64,000 nucleotides of DNA from Raja brachyura (Eukaryota), in the NCBI GenBank assembly GCA_963514005.1, contig OY740797.1, positions 19,654,001 through 19,718,000 on the forward strand, written 5' to 3'. Position 1 is the first letter of the stretch; each line of letters starts with the position of its first letter. The notes under the pieces are model-generated. The model ran no database searches. It saw only the letters and a list, made by a program, of their open reading frames with translations, and was not told where the DNA came from. Positions 1 through 22,356 of the stretch are shown one piece after another. Position numbers and translations under genes: made by a program.

Positions 1-711
1 GTGGCAACTATGGTCACTAAGTTTGCTATGCCGTCGCTGGTTTGGGAGCCTCCAGAAGAAGAGCTCGCAGCCAGCATTAACTATCTGGCTTCCCATCAGC
101 TGCAGGAGCAGGTTATGATGGAGACAGCCATGAAGTATCATGCTCCTAGCAATTGTACTGCCCTGAAGGTACCCATGGTCAATAGTTCTATCTGGAGCTA
201 TATCGGCAGCGTCATAAAGACCCAAGGGATCAAATTGCAGAGAATCCTGAATCTGCTGGCGTCAGGGCTGACAGCATTTGCCAGGTCGATGGCTGCGTAT
301 TATCGGAGGCTCAAAGGGACTGAGTTTGAAATGAACTGTTTTCGCAAGAATGCCATTCGTTCTGTTCTCAACCCCAAGTTTGCGGGGTTGTGTAAGGCCA
401 GTAATGTGCAGCCGCCCAATTTGCTGTTGGGAGACAACCTGCCCAGGCAGGTGAAGGATTTGGATGATGAGTCAAAGGCTGTGGGGCTACTGCGGGCTCC
501 ACCACCTAACAGACAACCGTTCCGACCCCAGCACCCCTACACTTCGATCAGCGGAAGACCCAATTTAGTAGACCACCTCCAACTTGAAGAACCAAAAAAC
601 CAGCCGGAGGTCTTTTTTAGGACATGGCCAAGATGCGCAGCTGGCGCACATCAGCACCTCAACTCCCCAAACATCGGGGAAGGAAATAAATGTTCAGAGT
701 CCACCGACTAA
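1..711 (+). pseudogene. DIRS gag-like ORF remnant
   Basis: P-x-N-C-x-x-L-x-V-P-x-V-N-x-x-I-W and LLGDNL-type segments resemble DIRS ORF1; lies immediately upstream of the RT. Confidence 0.65.
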
Positions 712-823
712 TGCGGAGGTAGGTGGGTCTGGGTCTCAATGTGACATACTGGGTGTGGGCTCATTGCATGTTGGTGGTAGATTACGTTTCTTTGTGCATG
801 AGTGGTGATGGTTAACTTCTGAC

Positions 824-2076
824 TTGTTCATACTGCACAGTATAGAGGGGTTCAAAATTGAGTTTGCGGGCTCTCTCCCACCCATGCAGCATACTCCAAA
901 TCGTACCTTTACTCGTTCAAAGTGGGATGATTTGGAAGTTCAGGCTGAAATTGATAAGTTATGTGCTAAAAGAGTGATTGAAAAGACCAGTCATGAACCT
1001 CATTAATTCGTATCCAATATCTTCCCTAGGGATAAGAAGGATGGGGGATGTCGCATTATTTTGGATTTAACCCAACTTAATACCTTTGTGCAGTACAAAC
1101 ATTTCAAAATGGAAAGTTTAATAACGGCAAAACAGCTAATTTCCAGGGGATGTTATATGGCATGCATTTATCTTAAAGATGCTTATTATTCTGTACCTAT
1201 TCACAAGGATCACAGAAAATACTTGAAGTTTAAATGGATGGGGCAGCTATGGCAGTTTAAAGCGTTGCCGAATGGGTTAACCTCAGCTCCCAGGTTGTTC
1301 ACTAAAATATTAAAAACCTGTGCTGGCTCTGTTAAGAGAGCAGAAACACATAGTTTGGCTTATTCGGATGATATCCTCATTATAGAGAAAACCATGGAGT
1401 TGGCGGTTTCAGCCACCAAATTAATGTTTGAACAGCTGGGGTTCTTAATTCACCCTGAAAAATCCAGGTTGACTCCATCCAGGGTTATGGATTATTTGGG
1501 ATTTACTATTAATTCCAATCACCTATTAATCACTTTGCCTGAGGGCAAGAGATTGAAGTTAATAGAAGCCTGCAATCATCTGATCACACAACAGCTGCCT
1601 TCAATTCGACACATAGCTAGCTTAATTGGGAAATTGGTGGCTACATTTCCAGCTGGCAAATACGGGCCTTTGCACTATCTGCAATTATTTTACAGACTGA
1701 TGCAAGTTCTCTGGGGTGGGGCGCCACTGACACAGTTACAAGCTGCGGTGGCAGGTGGAATATGCATGAGATATCTTTTCTGCAGATGCTTGGTGTTAAC
1801 TATTTGGAGTGGCTCGCAGCCCTGTATGGCTAGAAAGCTTATTGTGCACATATGCACGTTCAAATACAGATCGATAACACCACAGCAGTGGCATATATAA
1901 ATCACATGGGTGGTATCAAGTCAGTATCCTGTGATAATTTGGCATACAGTATCTCATTTGGAAATGGTGTATTGCTCAACATATTTGGGTTTCAGCTATC
2001 TACTTTCCAGGTAGATTCAACACGGTGGCGGACACAAGGTCACGAAAATTCAATGACAACACAGAATGGGTGTTGA
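824..2076 (+). pseudogene. DIRS reverse transcriptase / RNase H, frameshifted
   Basis: DLTQLNTFVQYKHFKME, LKDAYYSVPIH, FKALPNGLTSAPRLFTK, AYSDDIL (YxDD), YLGFTINS; RNase H-like IDNTTAVAYINHMGG; split across several ORFs. Confidence 0.9.
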
Positions 2077-2345
2077 ATCATAGAGTGTTTAAGGATATTA
2101 TTTCTAGGTATGGAGCACCGGATATGGATTTGTTCGCTTCAAAGCTAAACCATCAATTACCCAAGTATGTTGCATGGGAACTAGACCCTGGGGCAGCAGC
2201 GATAGATGCTTTTTTGCTACATTGGGGTGCAATATTTTTCTATGCATTTCCCCCATTTTGCCTTGTCAGTCGCTGTCTGCAAAAAATTCAGCAGGACTCT
2301 GCCTCCAGCATTCTGGCAGTCCCTGACTGGCCGACTCAGCCCTAG
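2025..2345 (+). pseudogene. DIRS DNA N6-adenine methyltransferase-like domain
   Basis: DLFASKLNHQLPKY ... DAF ... YAFPPF ... VPDWPTQP motifs typical of the MT domain after RNase H in DIRS elements; stop after PTQP. Confidence 0.8.
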
Positions 2346-2518
2346 TATCCTCTGGTTCTGAGCAGGGTTGTAGAACCTGTGTGGAAGGTTCCTAAAGGCA
2401 GTACGTTGTTAACAAACCCGGTGTCTGGTGAAATACATCCTCTCATGATCGGCTCAATTTATTGATTTGCAGGTTTTAAGAAGACCCGTTCCTTGGACTG
2501 GGACTAGCTGATCGCACG

Positions 2519-4976
2519 GTGGATGTGCTAACTGCGCCATGGAGAGGCAGTACTCAGAAACAATATGCTTCATATATCAGGAAATGGGAACTGTTCTGTG
2601 CACAGGCTGACATTTCTTATGAGGCAGTACAAATTGCTAATGTTCTGGAGTTCCTCTCAAAACTGTATTATGATGAAAAATTGAGCTACAGTGCCCTCAA
2701 TAGTGCCAGAAGTGCACTGTCATCATACCTGCTGCCATTTTCAGAACACCAACCAGTGGGGTCTCACCCTCTAGTGTCTAGGTTTATAAGGGGAGTCTTC
2801 AATTCAAATCCTCCTAGGCCCAGACATTCAGAAATGTGGGATGTAGGGGTGGTGTTAACTTTACTCCGGTCATGGTCTCCACCAACTTCCCTGTCTCTAC
2901 TCCAACTCGCGCATAAGGTGGCTATGCTGATGGCATTAGTTTCAGCACAGAGGGTCCAGTCCTTGCATAAGCTTTGTTTAGACAGGATGCTCACCTCGGC
3001 TGATAGTTTCACCTTCTTTGTGTATGAGCCTGTAAAACAGAGTTTATTGTTTATTTATTGTTTATTTGCACCGTGTTTTAAAAGAAGACAAACGATCAAT
3101 TTATAATACCATACAGTGCTGGGAGGGAAGGGAAGCCCAGAGAGCTTATACAAAGTCTGCTCCCACCTGAAAATGAGCGTTAATGGCAAATCAGGGGGTA
3201 GGAGAAATAAAAAAGACAATAATAAACAATAATACAGTTTAAGAATGAAAATTAAAAATATGAAAATAAATAAAATAATAAGGTATAGTATGAGATAAGA
3301 GTCAACAGAAGTAGTTTGAGCTCATAAATAGCATTACAAAAAGCTGGAGGTCAGATCTCAGGACATGATGAGAAACTTTTTAAGCTCAATCTTAAAGGTG
3401 GCTAAGGAGGTGTGAGACTTTAATAACAGAGGCAGGGTATTCCAAAATTTAGGACCTTTAAAAGTAATGCAATGTTGGTGTTTGGATGTTTGACAAAACG
3501 GAAGATGAAGATCATTTCTTCTTCTGGTTGGGTAATGGTGAATGTTAGAAGAAAGGGCAAAAAGATCATGAATAGAAACAGGCAAATCATGTTTACATTT
3601 AAGATATTTGAAAATACAAATACATATTTGGAGTGCATTCAATTTATCTACAGACAAAATTGAGTACTTCTTGAAGAGAGGGGCAGAAGGTTCTTGTGAA
3701 TTTGAGTGAGAAATTAATCTCATAATTTTATTCTGTATGAGTAGCTTCAAAAGATAGGAAGGATAGGTAGAACCCCAAACAATATTACAGTAATTGAAAT
3801 AAGAAAAAATCAAACTGTAATATATTGTTAGATGGGAAGACGGGTGAATAAATGCACAAACCTTTCTCAGAATACCAAACATTTTCATTGATCTTCTACA
3901 GACAATATTGATATGTTCTTTCCAAGTTAAATTTTGATCAATGGTTACTCCTAAAAATGTTGTATATGTTACTTCAGGAATTTCATGTCCATTGATAAAA
4001 ATTTTAGATTTGTCTTTGGGAAAAATTTTGTTTTTATTGCAGATCATGTAATTGCATTTTTTGATATTGAGAGCCTGTTCACTTCAAACCGCTTAGAGAC
4101 ATGAGACATTTCTTCATTAACTAATTCAACCAATGATTTTAAATCACTCTGTGAAGCTATAAGATTGGTGTCATTGGCAAACAGGATAGGAAGAGGTACT
4201 CTACAGGTATAGGATCAGTCATTTATATAGATCAAGAATAGTAAAGGACCAAGGATGGAGCCTTGTGGTACCCCACAGTGAATTCTCAACTTTTTGGATG
4301 AGCTTCCATTTAGATAGACAAATTGCACTCTATTTGCTAAATAGTTGGTTAACCATAGAAGCGCTACATCCTTTACCCCATATCTATTGAGTTTAGAGAT
4401 TAAGATTGAATGGTTGACTGTATCAAATGCCTTGGATAGATCTAGAAAGACACCAAGAGCAAATTTATTTTCATCTAGAGCAATAGAGATGTTGTTAATA
4501 AGTTGTAATAATGCATGCTCCGTAGAGTGCTTCTTCCTAAAGCCATATTGATGGTCATACAAAATATTATTCACAGTAGACCAGGCACCTCGGGATTGAA
4601 GTTACAGTTCATGGCATATCCTTTGGATCCCAATTTGTGTGTAGTAGCTCACCTCCTGCAGTACATTACCCTCACCAAGGGACTTCGGGGGTCTGAGTTA
4701 GCAGTATTGATTAGCTACAGGAAACCACATAAGCAGGTCTCAACTCAGACTATTTCCAGGTGGTTAAAGCAAGTTTCAATAAAGGCTGGGATTTATACTA
4801 AAATGTTTAAATCTCATTCCACCAGATCTGCAGCAACGGCGAGGGCCATGGACGTCCCGCTAGACCAGATTTTGTCAGCTGCAGGGTGGTCCTCAGCATG
4901 CACTTTTCAAACGTTTTATAATAAACCTTTAGCCAGAACCAGCGTGTTTGCTAACTCGGTTTTAAGCTCGCGTTAA
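2519..4976 (+). pseudogene. DIRS tyrosine recombinase, split by a LINE insertion (2519-3043 + 4578-4976)
   Basis: SAQRVQSL (catalytic R), KQS|RPG, HSTRSAA, AGWSS, FYNKP (catalytic Y); removing 3044-4577 rejoins the frame. Confidence 0.92.
3044..4577 (-). mobile_element. 5'-truncated non-LTR retrotransposon (L2/Crack-like RT)
   Basis: QYGFRKKHSTEHA, FLDLSKAFDTVNH, GVPQGSILGPLLFLIYIND, degenerate FANDTN, FLGVTIDQNLTWKEHI; AT-rich tandem tail at 3044-3067; agt duplicated at 3041-3043 and 4575-4577. Confidence 0.88.
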
Positions 4977-5181
4977 TGTCCTCTCGGGTAGAAGGGGAAC
5001 TGTTGTTGATTTGTTATCGTTAACTACACATTAAATTCAATTTGTTCATTATGTCATGTCTCTACAGTTTGTCCACTCTTCTTGGTCAACTATACAGTGT
5101 GTGACGCATGGATTCGTTCCACGGCATGGAGTCACAGAGCTTTAAAATCTTCACGTAGTCACTCGCATGACTCCGAAGTAA

Positions 5182-5480
5182 AATAGTAAGATTAAACGAG
5201 AACATACCAGTTTGAAGTTTGATCTTTATTTTATGAGGAGTTGCGATGAGGGGTTACGTGCCCTCTGCTCCCAAACCCCTCCTCATAAATCCAGCTGGTA
5301 GGTCTAGTTTCTCCAATCTTACTATTCTCAGGTCAATGTTCCTGTCTGACTCCACACCGCTGCTTTGAAGGTTGACGCGCATGCGCGGCTGATGGGTTCT
5401 TCACATAATCCCTCATCGTAACTCCTCATAAAATAAAGATCAAACCTCAAACTGGTAAGCTCTCATTTAATCTTACTATT
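5182..5480. repeat. DIRS internal complementary region (5182-5260) inverted against the element 3' end (5401-5480)
   Basis: aatagtaagattaaacgagaacataccagtttgaagtttgatctttattttatgaggagttgcgatgagg is the near-perfect reverse complement of the terminal ~80 bp. Confidence 0.88.
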
Positions 5481-5494
5481 ATTGTTCAGAGTTT

Positions 5495-5935
5495 TGTTTC
5501 ATTTGAGTTTAATAGCCTGATAGCTGTGGGGAACCAGCTCTTCCTAAACCTGGACGTCTCGTCATCAGGTTCCTGTAGTCTGCAGTCTTCAGGCTCCTGT
5601 ATCTTCTACCTGAAGGTAGCGGGGAGATGAGTGTGGCCAGGCTGGTGTGGGTCCTTGATGGTGCTGCCAGCCTTTTTGAGGCAGCGGTTGCGATAGATCT
5701 CCTCGATGGTAGGGAGGTCAGAGGCGATGATGGACTGGGACGTGTTTACTACTTTTTGTAGTGTTTTCCGCTCCTTGGCGCTCAAGTTGCCGAACCAAGC
5801 CACGATGCAACCGGTCAGCATGCTCTCTACTGTGCACCTGTAGAAGTTAGAGAGTCCTCCTTGACATACCGACTCTCCGTAATCTTCTCAGGAAGTAGAG
5901 CCACTGATGTGCTTTCTTTATAATTGCATCAGTGT
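5495..5935 (-). mobile_element. Rex1/Babar-like LINE 3' fragment
   Basis: LTGCIVAWFGN...LQKVVNTSQSII..LPTIEEIYRNRCLKKAGSTIKDPHQPGH, typical C-terminal ORF2 region. Confidence 0.72.
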
Positions 5936-6059
5936 AATCAAAGTTGCTTCTGATCCATGAGATCTATGGATCAGATCACATGGATCTATTTATTTATCTA
6001 TTTATCTCTAACTTGCCTCTCACACACATTCATATATATATCTATATTATATCTATCTA

Positions 6060-6063
<4 letters not shown>

Positions 6064-6112
<49 letters not shown>
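6064..6112. repeat. (TA)n microsatellite
   Basis: Uninterrupted TA run of about 24 units. Confidence 0.97.
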
Positions 6113-6116
<4 letters not shown>

Positions 6117-6304
6117 TAAATTTAATTTTGTGCAGTGTGTGTTGAAGCAATACAAGGAAAACTGCACAAAGGAGGGGGCTGGGGAAGAAGGATGGTTGGG
6201 AAATGGGCAGAAACAGCGGGAAAACATTTACAATAAAACTAACTAAAATATGTTAAGTGATAGATGAGCTATATCACACACTGTTCCCCTACAACACTGA
6301 TTAC

Positions 6305-6460
6305 ACCAAAGATGATAGAGCGGATTACACTGCGAGAGGCATAATGGAAGGCACGTTTAGCATTGAATGATGGCGGCCGTGACGCTCCGTTACGTACTAC
6401 ACCTCAGTGCGTTGGATTACGTAGGAGTGGAGTATTTTGCTCCGCTCTATCATCTTTGGT
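6305..6460. mobile_element. MITE-like element with perfect 20-bp terminal inverted repeats
   Basis: accaaagatgatagagcgga (6305-6324) / tccgctctatcatctttggt (6441-6460); CpG-rich non-coding interior; no clear TSD. Confidence 0.6.
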
Positions 6461-6929
6461 TCTTACCTCGGCAATTTTCCAAATAGATTTATGTAGTCAA
6501 CAGCTTGCTCAGAGGTGCGTGCAGTTCTGGAGCACGTATTCAGCCAAACCACTGGGATATTCTCGATCCCTAGATCTATATCGAATACAATTTCTCCATT
6601 CTTGGCATCATATGCAGTGAAACAAATTCACTGAAAACTACCTTTTCTGGTGGTGGAGACATCAAGAATAGGAAATGGTGATCCACTTGACATTTCTGTC
6701 TGAAAAAAAGGTTGTATAGGCTCTCCCTCCATAAGAAGTCAAAAGCAAAATACTGCATGTGCTGGGATTATGAAATAAAATAGAATACACTGGAAACGCT
6801 GAACAGTTCAGATTTGGAGAAAAAGAAACATAACTGCTTCTCCCTCACAGGCGCTGATCTATCGAGTATTTCCAGATTTTAATTCTCACTTCAAAGAACT
6901 GTCTTTCTGCTTTATATTGTTTTTATTTG

Positions 6930-7212
6930 CAGCCGGAGTAGAAGCTCCCTCTGCTGGTCTCGCCAATTGCCCGCACTCGGACGGCAGCAGCAGCCCACAT
7001 GGCGGCGGCCAACTGGCCAATCACGTGCACATCCCTTCTGGCGCCGTTCTCTCACCCGGAAGTGCTGTGCTCATCCGGAAGCGAATCCCACCGGTTAAAG
7101 CGCCAAGACGGGCTCATTCGTCGATTCGAGTTCTTAGTGTTGTGGACTTTTGTCTGTTCCCGTGGCTTCGCCGTGTCCTAGAGTCTACTCCCGCAGACGG
7201 GGATCTGCTGCC
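6930..7212 (+). promoter_or_regulatory. CpG-island housekeeping promoter / 5' UTR of NUDT21
   Basis: CpG-rich; CCAAT at 6963 and 7017, E-box CACGTG 7022-7027, ETS motifs CCGGAAG at 7056 and 7075, YY1-like acatggcggc 6997-7006; Kozak ctgccATG at 7213. Confidence 0.75.
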
Positions 7213-18236
<11,024 letters not shown>

Positions 18237-18481
18237 AGTGTATGGATGCATTGCTCAAGATCCTGATGGATGTACAACTCCAATTTCTTGTGAACATCTG
18301 CAAGCCAGTAGTCTGGCTTCTCAGCCAGAGAGTAAATCAGTTCTTCAAACCAAATCCAACAGCATGCAGCACCTGACCTGCTCAGCTGATGCTCCTGTGA
18401 GATTTTGTTCAACTGTCCACCAACTATGAAGCCAAGGTGTTTTAACTGGTGCTTTTTTTTTTAAGAAATGTTTTCTGCTTA

Positions 18482-18680
18482 TGTAATTGTTTGAGTTTTC
18501 TACTTTATTAAATGGACAAATACCTTTATTTTTGAGGGTTTTAATTAGCTGTAGTTTGTGTATTTTGTATTTCACCATTTATTTGGACCTATTGTAATTG
18601 GATATGAGAGAAACCTAGTCGATGTATATTGATTAAAAACAAAACTGACCTGATTTATTCTGCTTTGGTTTATATAGTGT
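18482..18680 (+). terminator. Candidate NUDT21 polyadenylation region
   Basis: ATTAAA at 18507 and 18632, six TGTA motifs upstream of the second, U/GU-rich sequence downstream. Confidence 0.55.
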
Positions 18681-21600
18681 AAGTGATTTTGAAACAAATC
18701 TTCTGATTAATCATTCTTTTCTCCAATTTCAAGGTGAACTTTATTAGGGCTGTTTTGTAATCTGGGATATTAACTGCATATTTTGCACTTGAGTGATATG
18801 CTTGGACCATTGAGGCATATAAACAAGTGATTCTATGCAGCTATTATATGGAGTGTGTCGAGGCATTATATACTTGAGTATATTATAATGTGAAATGTTA
18901 CATCGGCAGCAAAGTAGTGATCTTGGGTATATGTGGATCTTCACAAATTCTGTCATTATGTATTCTAATTATAGATTGGTTAGGGATACTTGAAATCACA
19001 AATCGGTGCAAAACTAAATTGTGCAATGGTTGTAATTTGATCGAGCGAACATGAAAATCCATTCTTGATGTGGGTCTTGCTTGCTTTTAAGTTTAATGAC
19101 CTAGACCTTAGTGTGTATTTCCAGTTAGTTGGTGCTTGGTTCAATTTGGGGGCAAAAAACTAATTTGGAAGTTCTCACATGAAGAATCTTAGTTTATGCT
19201 GCACAATTCTGCACTTCAGTTTGGAGGATTTTAATTCCTTTCTTGGTGTATTTAAAATTATTTGCATTCCTTTTCAACAATTCCAGAAGTTGGTCATCAA
19301 AAACAGTTGGCCTTCTCAAAACGAATACCCTGACTTCAGTAACAGATGTCCTTGAATGTTTCAGATAAAGTAATGTTCAAAATGCCTTTTCTGCCATTGT
19401 TACAATATTCATGGACACATTGGAGGTCCTGAGCATTTTCCTTTTATATGTTGTCCGATTGTTTTTCATTCTGCCAAAGTTATTACAGCCTCGGCTTTGT
19501 AAGATGTGAACTGAATGAAGAAATACGTTTGCAGAATGATTAGATTTGCTTGTTTTAACTACATTCAATGCTAACTGTTTTGCCGAAATTGAACAAAAGC
19601 ATGTTGGGGTGAATTTATTGCAGAGGTGGGGTAATTCTCCGCCATTGTGTCTTGGGTGACTCTGGGCTCCCAATGGATTGTGGGGTACTGTAGATTAAGA
19701 GTCAGGCAGTGGATTTCCTTTTCTCCCCATCTATTGCCCTCAGCAACCTATCATTTTACACCAGTCCCATAATATATAATAGTACTTTGAATGCTAATTC
19801 ATGGTTGTAGATTATCCTGACCTGTACTTACCATGCTCTGCAATTTGAACATGTTGTGCCAATGTGCGTTTCCTTTACTTTCCTTCCTCTTTACTGTAGA
19901 TTGACCCTGGGTTAGCTGAGAAGGAGACGTGAATGGGCATGAGAGAAAAGAGATGTAGAAAAATGAGGAATAGGACTGCCTAGATATGATATGCATATGG
20001 CCTGCATTTAAGCCAATGTTAAATGCACCAATCTGTGCATAATAATAATAATGCACAGAAATAATTCTTTAAAATGCTGTTCTCAATTCAGCCATTCAAT
20101 GAGATTATAGATCTTCTCAACTCGATCTATGAGTATCCAAGTCTTTTCGTCCAAATATTTGAACGGGCAAAAGTCACTTCGCTCAAGGCCTTGGAGTGCA
20201 CCTTGTGGTTCCGCACTGCCGTAATCACTTTAGGGAACAATGGATTTATCTCCTGGTTCATTGGTTGGCAATTCTTTCTGTTTTGTATCAATACAGATGC
20301 CAGTCACAACAACTGATAATCTTCAAGCCGTGGATAATTTGGAAAGACAGTTTTAATGAAGTGATAATAAAATTATTTTTATAAAATTTAAGTAATGGGC
20401 ATTTTCTTATAGAACATAAGCTCACTTTGTGAAATGTTGGTAACATTGCACCAATTGTACTGTCCAGCAGCGTAAAAGAGGATAGGTTTTTATGTTTGCA
20501 CCTGTATAACACTGGTATTACTGTTCTTGCTTTCGTCTTGGAAAGCACTGGTTATTAACATGTCAGCTTCCGATTCTGTCAAGGTATTTCCTCTGTTGCA
20601 AATGATAGCGATCCTCTTCACTGATCTGCGATGTGGATCCTTACACTTGGACGTCAGCAATAAATGGCAAGTGATAAGGTTGTGCATCTTCACTCATTCA
20701 TAGTCCCGTTTCCCCTTTGAAAGATTTATTTCTGCGTATACTGGGCGTTCGTTCTTGGGTTTAGGTACTGATTTAATGGATTTGGAAAACTGCAGAGCAG
20801 CGTAAGTAGGCTTGTCAGCTTCGCTTCCTTTGGTCTGTGAAAGTCATTAAATATCGAATGTTAGTAAATACACGAATAGATTTTGTTTTCAAAAATCGAT
20901 CATTGATTAATACCAGATAGCTACTTTTAAGTATTTTTCTTACTCCAATTTTTTATTTTAATTATAAAGCAATGTTTATTTCTGCACTTAATGTTCATAC
21001 TAGGTTATTGCTAGTGTAATCTCCTAGGAAGTGTAGGTAAAGATTTAAAGTACTACTTTTTCGGTATGCTAATACATTAGTTCGGCGTTCAACTAGTGTT
21101 TGGTGTTCCTTCCCAGAAAGCGAGTGGTGTTTATACACTGCCTGTTACAACCAGGCTTGCAGGGCCAGGTACCTGGTTATGGACACGACTCACCTCTGGC
21201 ACAACCAGGCAATACAAAAGTCAGTGACCTAGTCGAAGACTCGCCCATGTGGAAGGAACCACCTTAATATGCGACAGCTGTCTGTGTGCTGCTATCGGTT
21301 GGGATGGGGCAAACACGGAGGCCGCGGTGTGTTATGCAAGGTATAGTGAAACATCCAGTGAGTGCAGGTCATTGCTACAGAAAAGCAGCTGCGCGCCCTA
21401 CAAATCCTCCCTCGCCTCCTGCCAACTGTGATGGAAGTCACCTTGTGGCCAAAATATGTATCCTACCTTATCGAGCCGTGAACCTGTCCAAGTGTCTTTT
21501 ATATATTGTAAATTTACCTGCCCCACACTTCCTCCGACTGCTCGTAAATCACCCTTTTGGTGAAAAAGTTGCTCCAAAGGCCTCTTTTACATACCTCTCT

Positions 21601-22356
21601 CACCTTAAACCCATTCTCCCTATCCTGGTGAGTAGCTGCATTTTTACCCTAGAACTGTACACAGTACTCAATGTGGCTGTATCAACATCTTAGAAAGCTA
21701 TAACATGTACTCAACCTGACTCATGAAGACATGCATGCCAAATATTTTTTTCAGCACCCTGTCTACCTGCATCACCATATTCATGGAACTATGTACCTCT
21801 AGGTCTTTCTGTTCTACAACACTCCGCAGGGCCTACCATTTATTGTATTAGCCCTGTCCAAGTTTGTCTTGCCAATGTAAAACATCTGCATTAAACTCCA
21901 TGTGCCATTCCTCGGCCCATTGTCCCAGTTCATCAAGATTATTTTGTGATCTCAGATGTGCTGATGAGACAGGACCCCTCTCAACCAATGAAGCAGCCCC
22001 ATTTTTCAGCTGTTGAGCCCATTCATTGCAAGATGCATCCATGATCCCTGCATCACAATGCTGAGTGGCTGTGCCTGGACAGTACTCATTGTCCTGTGAC
22101 AATGCAGTCGCAAGTTCATGGGTACAGAAGCACCAGATTCTCTGATGTAGCGGTAGAGTATAGGCCAACCAGGTGGATATTCTTTTTCATATGAAGCAGT
22201 GTAATTGGTCTGAGTTTTTGGATTCTAAGACTAAGAATGGTTGATAAATTCGAGTGGTGCTCAACATTTGGGTACAAGATTATGCAAAGTGCCCTGTTGC
22301 GATATTTGTGTTTGATCACTGGTTGAGGGTTTGACTAATCTTTACCCTATTCACAC

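Larger units (their letters stand above)
1..5480 (+). mobile_element. DIRS1-type tyrosine-recombinase retrotransposon, degenerate, 5' end outside window
   Basis: Ordered gag-like, RT/RNaseH, methyltransferase-like and tyrosine recombinase ORF remnants, followed by an internal complementary region and right terminal repeat ending ...tcttactatt at 5480. Confidence 0.93.

Noticed and set aside
5606-5821. ORF resembling the DUF1891 / ALKBH8-labelled segment
   Set aside because: Rex1/Babar LINE ORF2 C-terminus, not a host gene
5949-5975. 10-bp-arm palindrome tctgatccat/atggatcaga
   Set aside because: Short, next to a microsatellite, no supporting context
5944-6246. ORFs with (YI)n
   Set aside because: Translation of the TA microsatellite
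6467-6699. MHC class II alpha1-like exon (NGEIVFDID resembles DGDEIFxVD)
   Set aside because: Similarity is only a few residues, splice phases (0/2) do not match MHC phase-1 exons, and there is an in-frame stop
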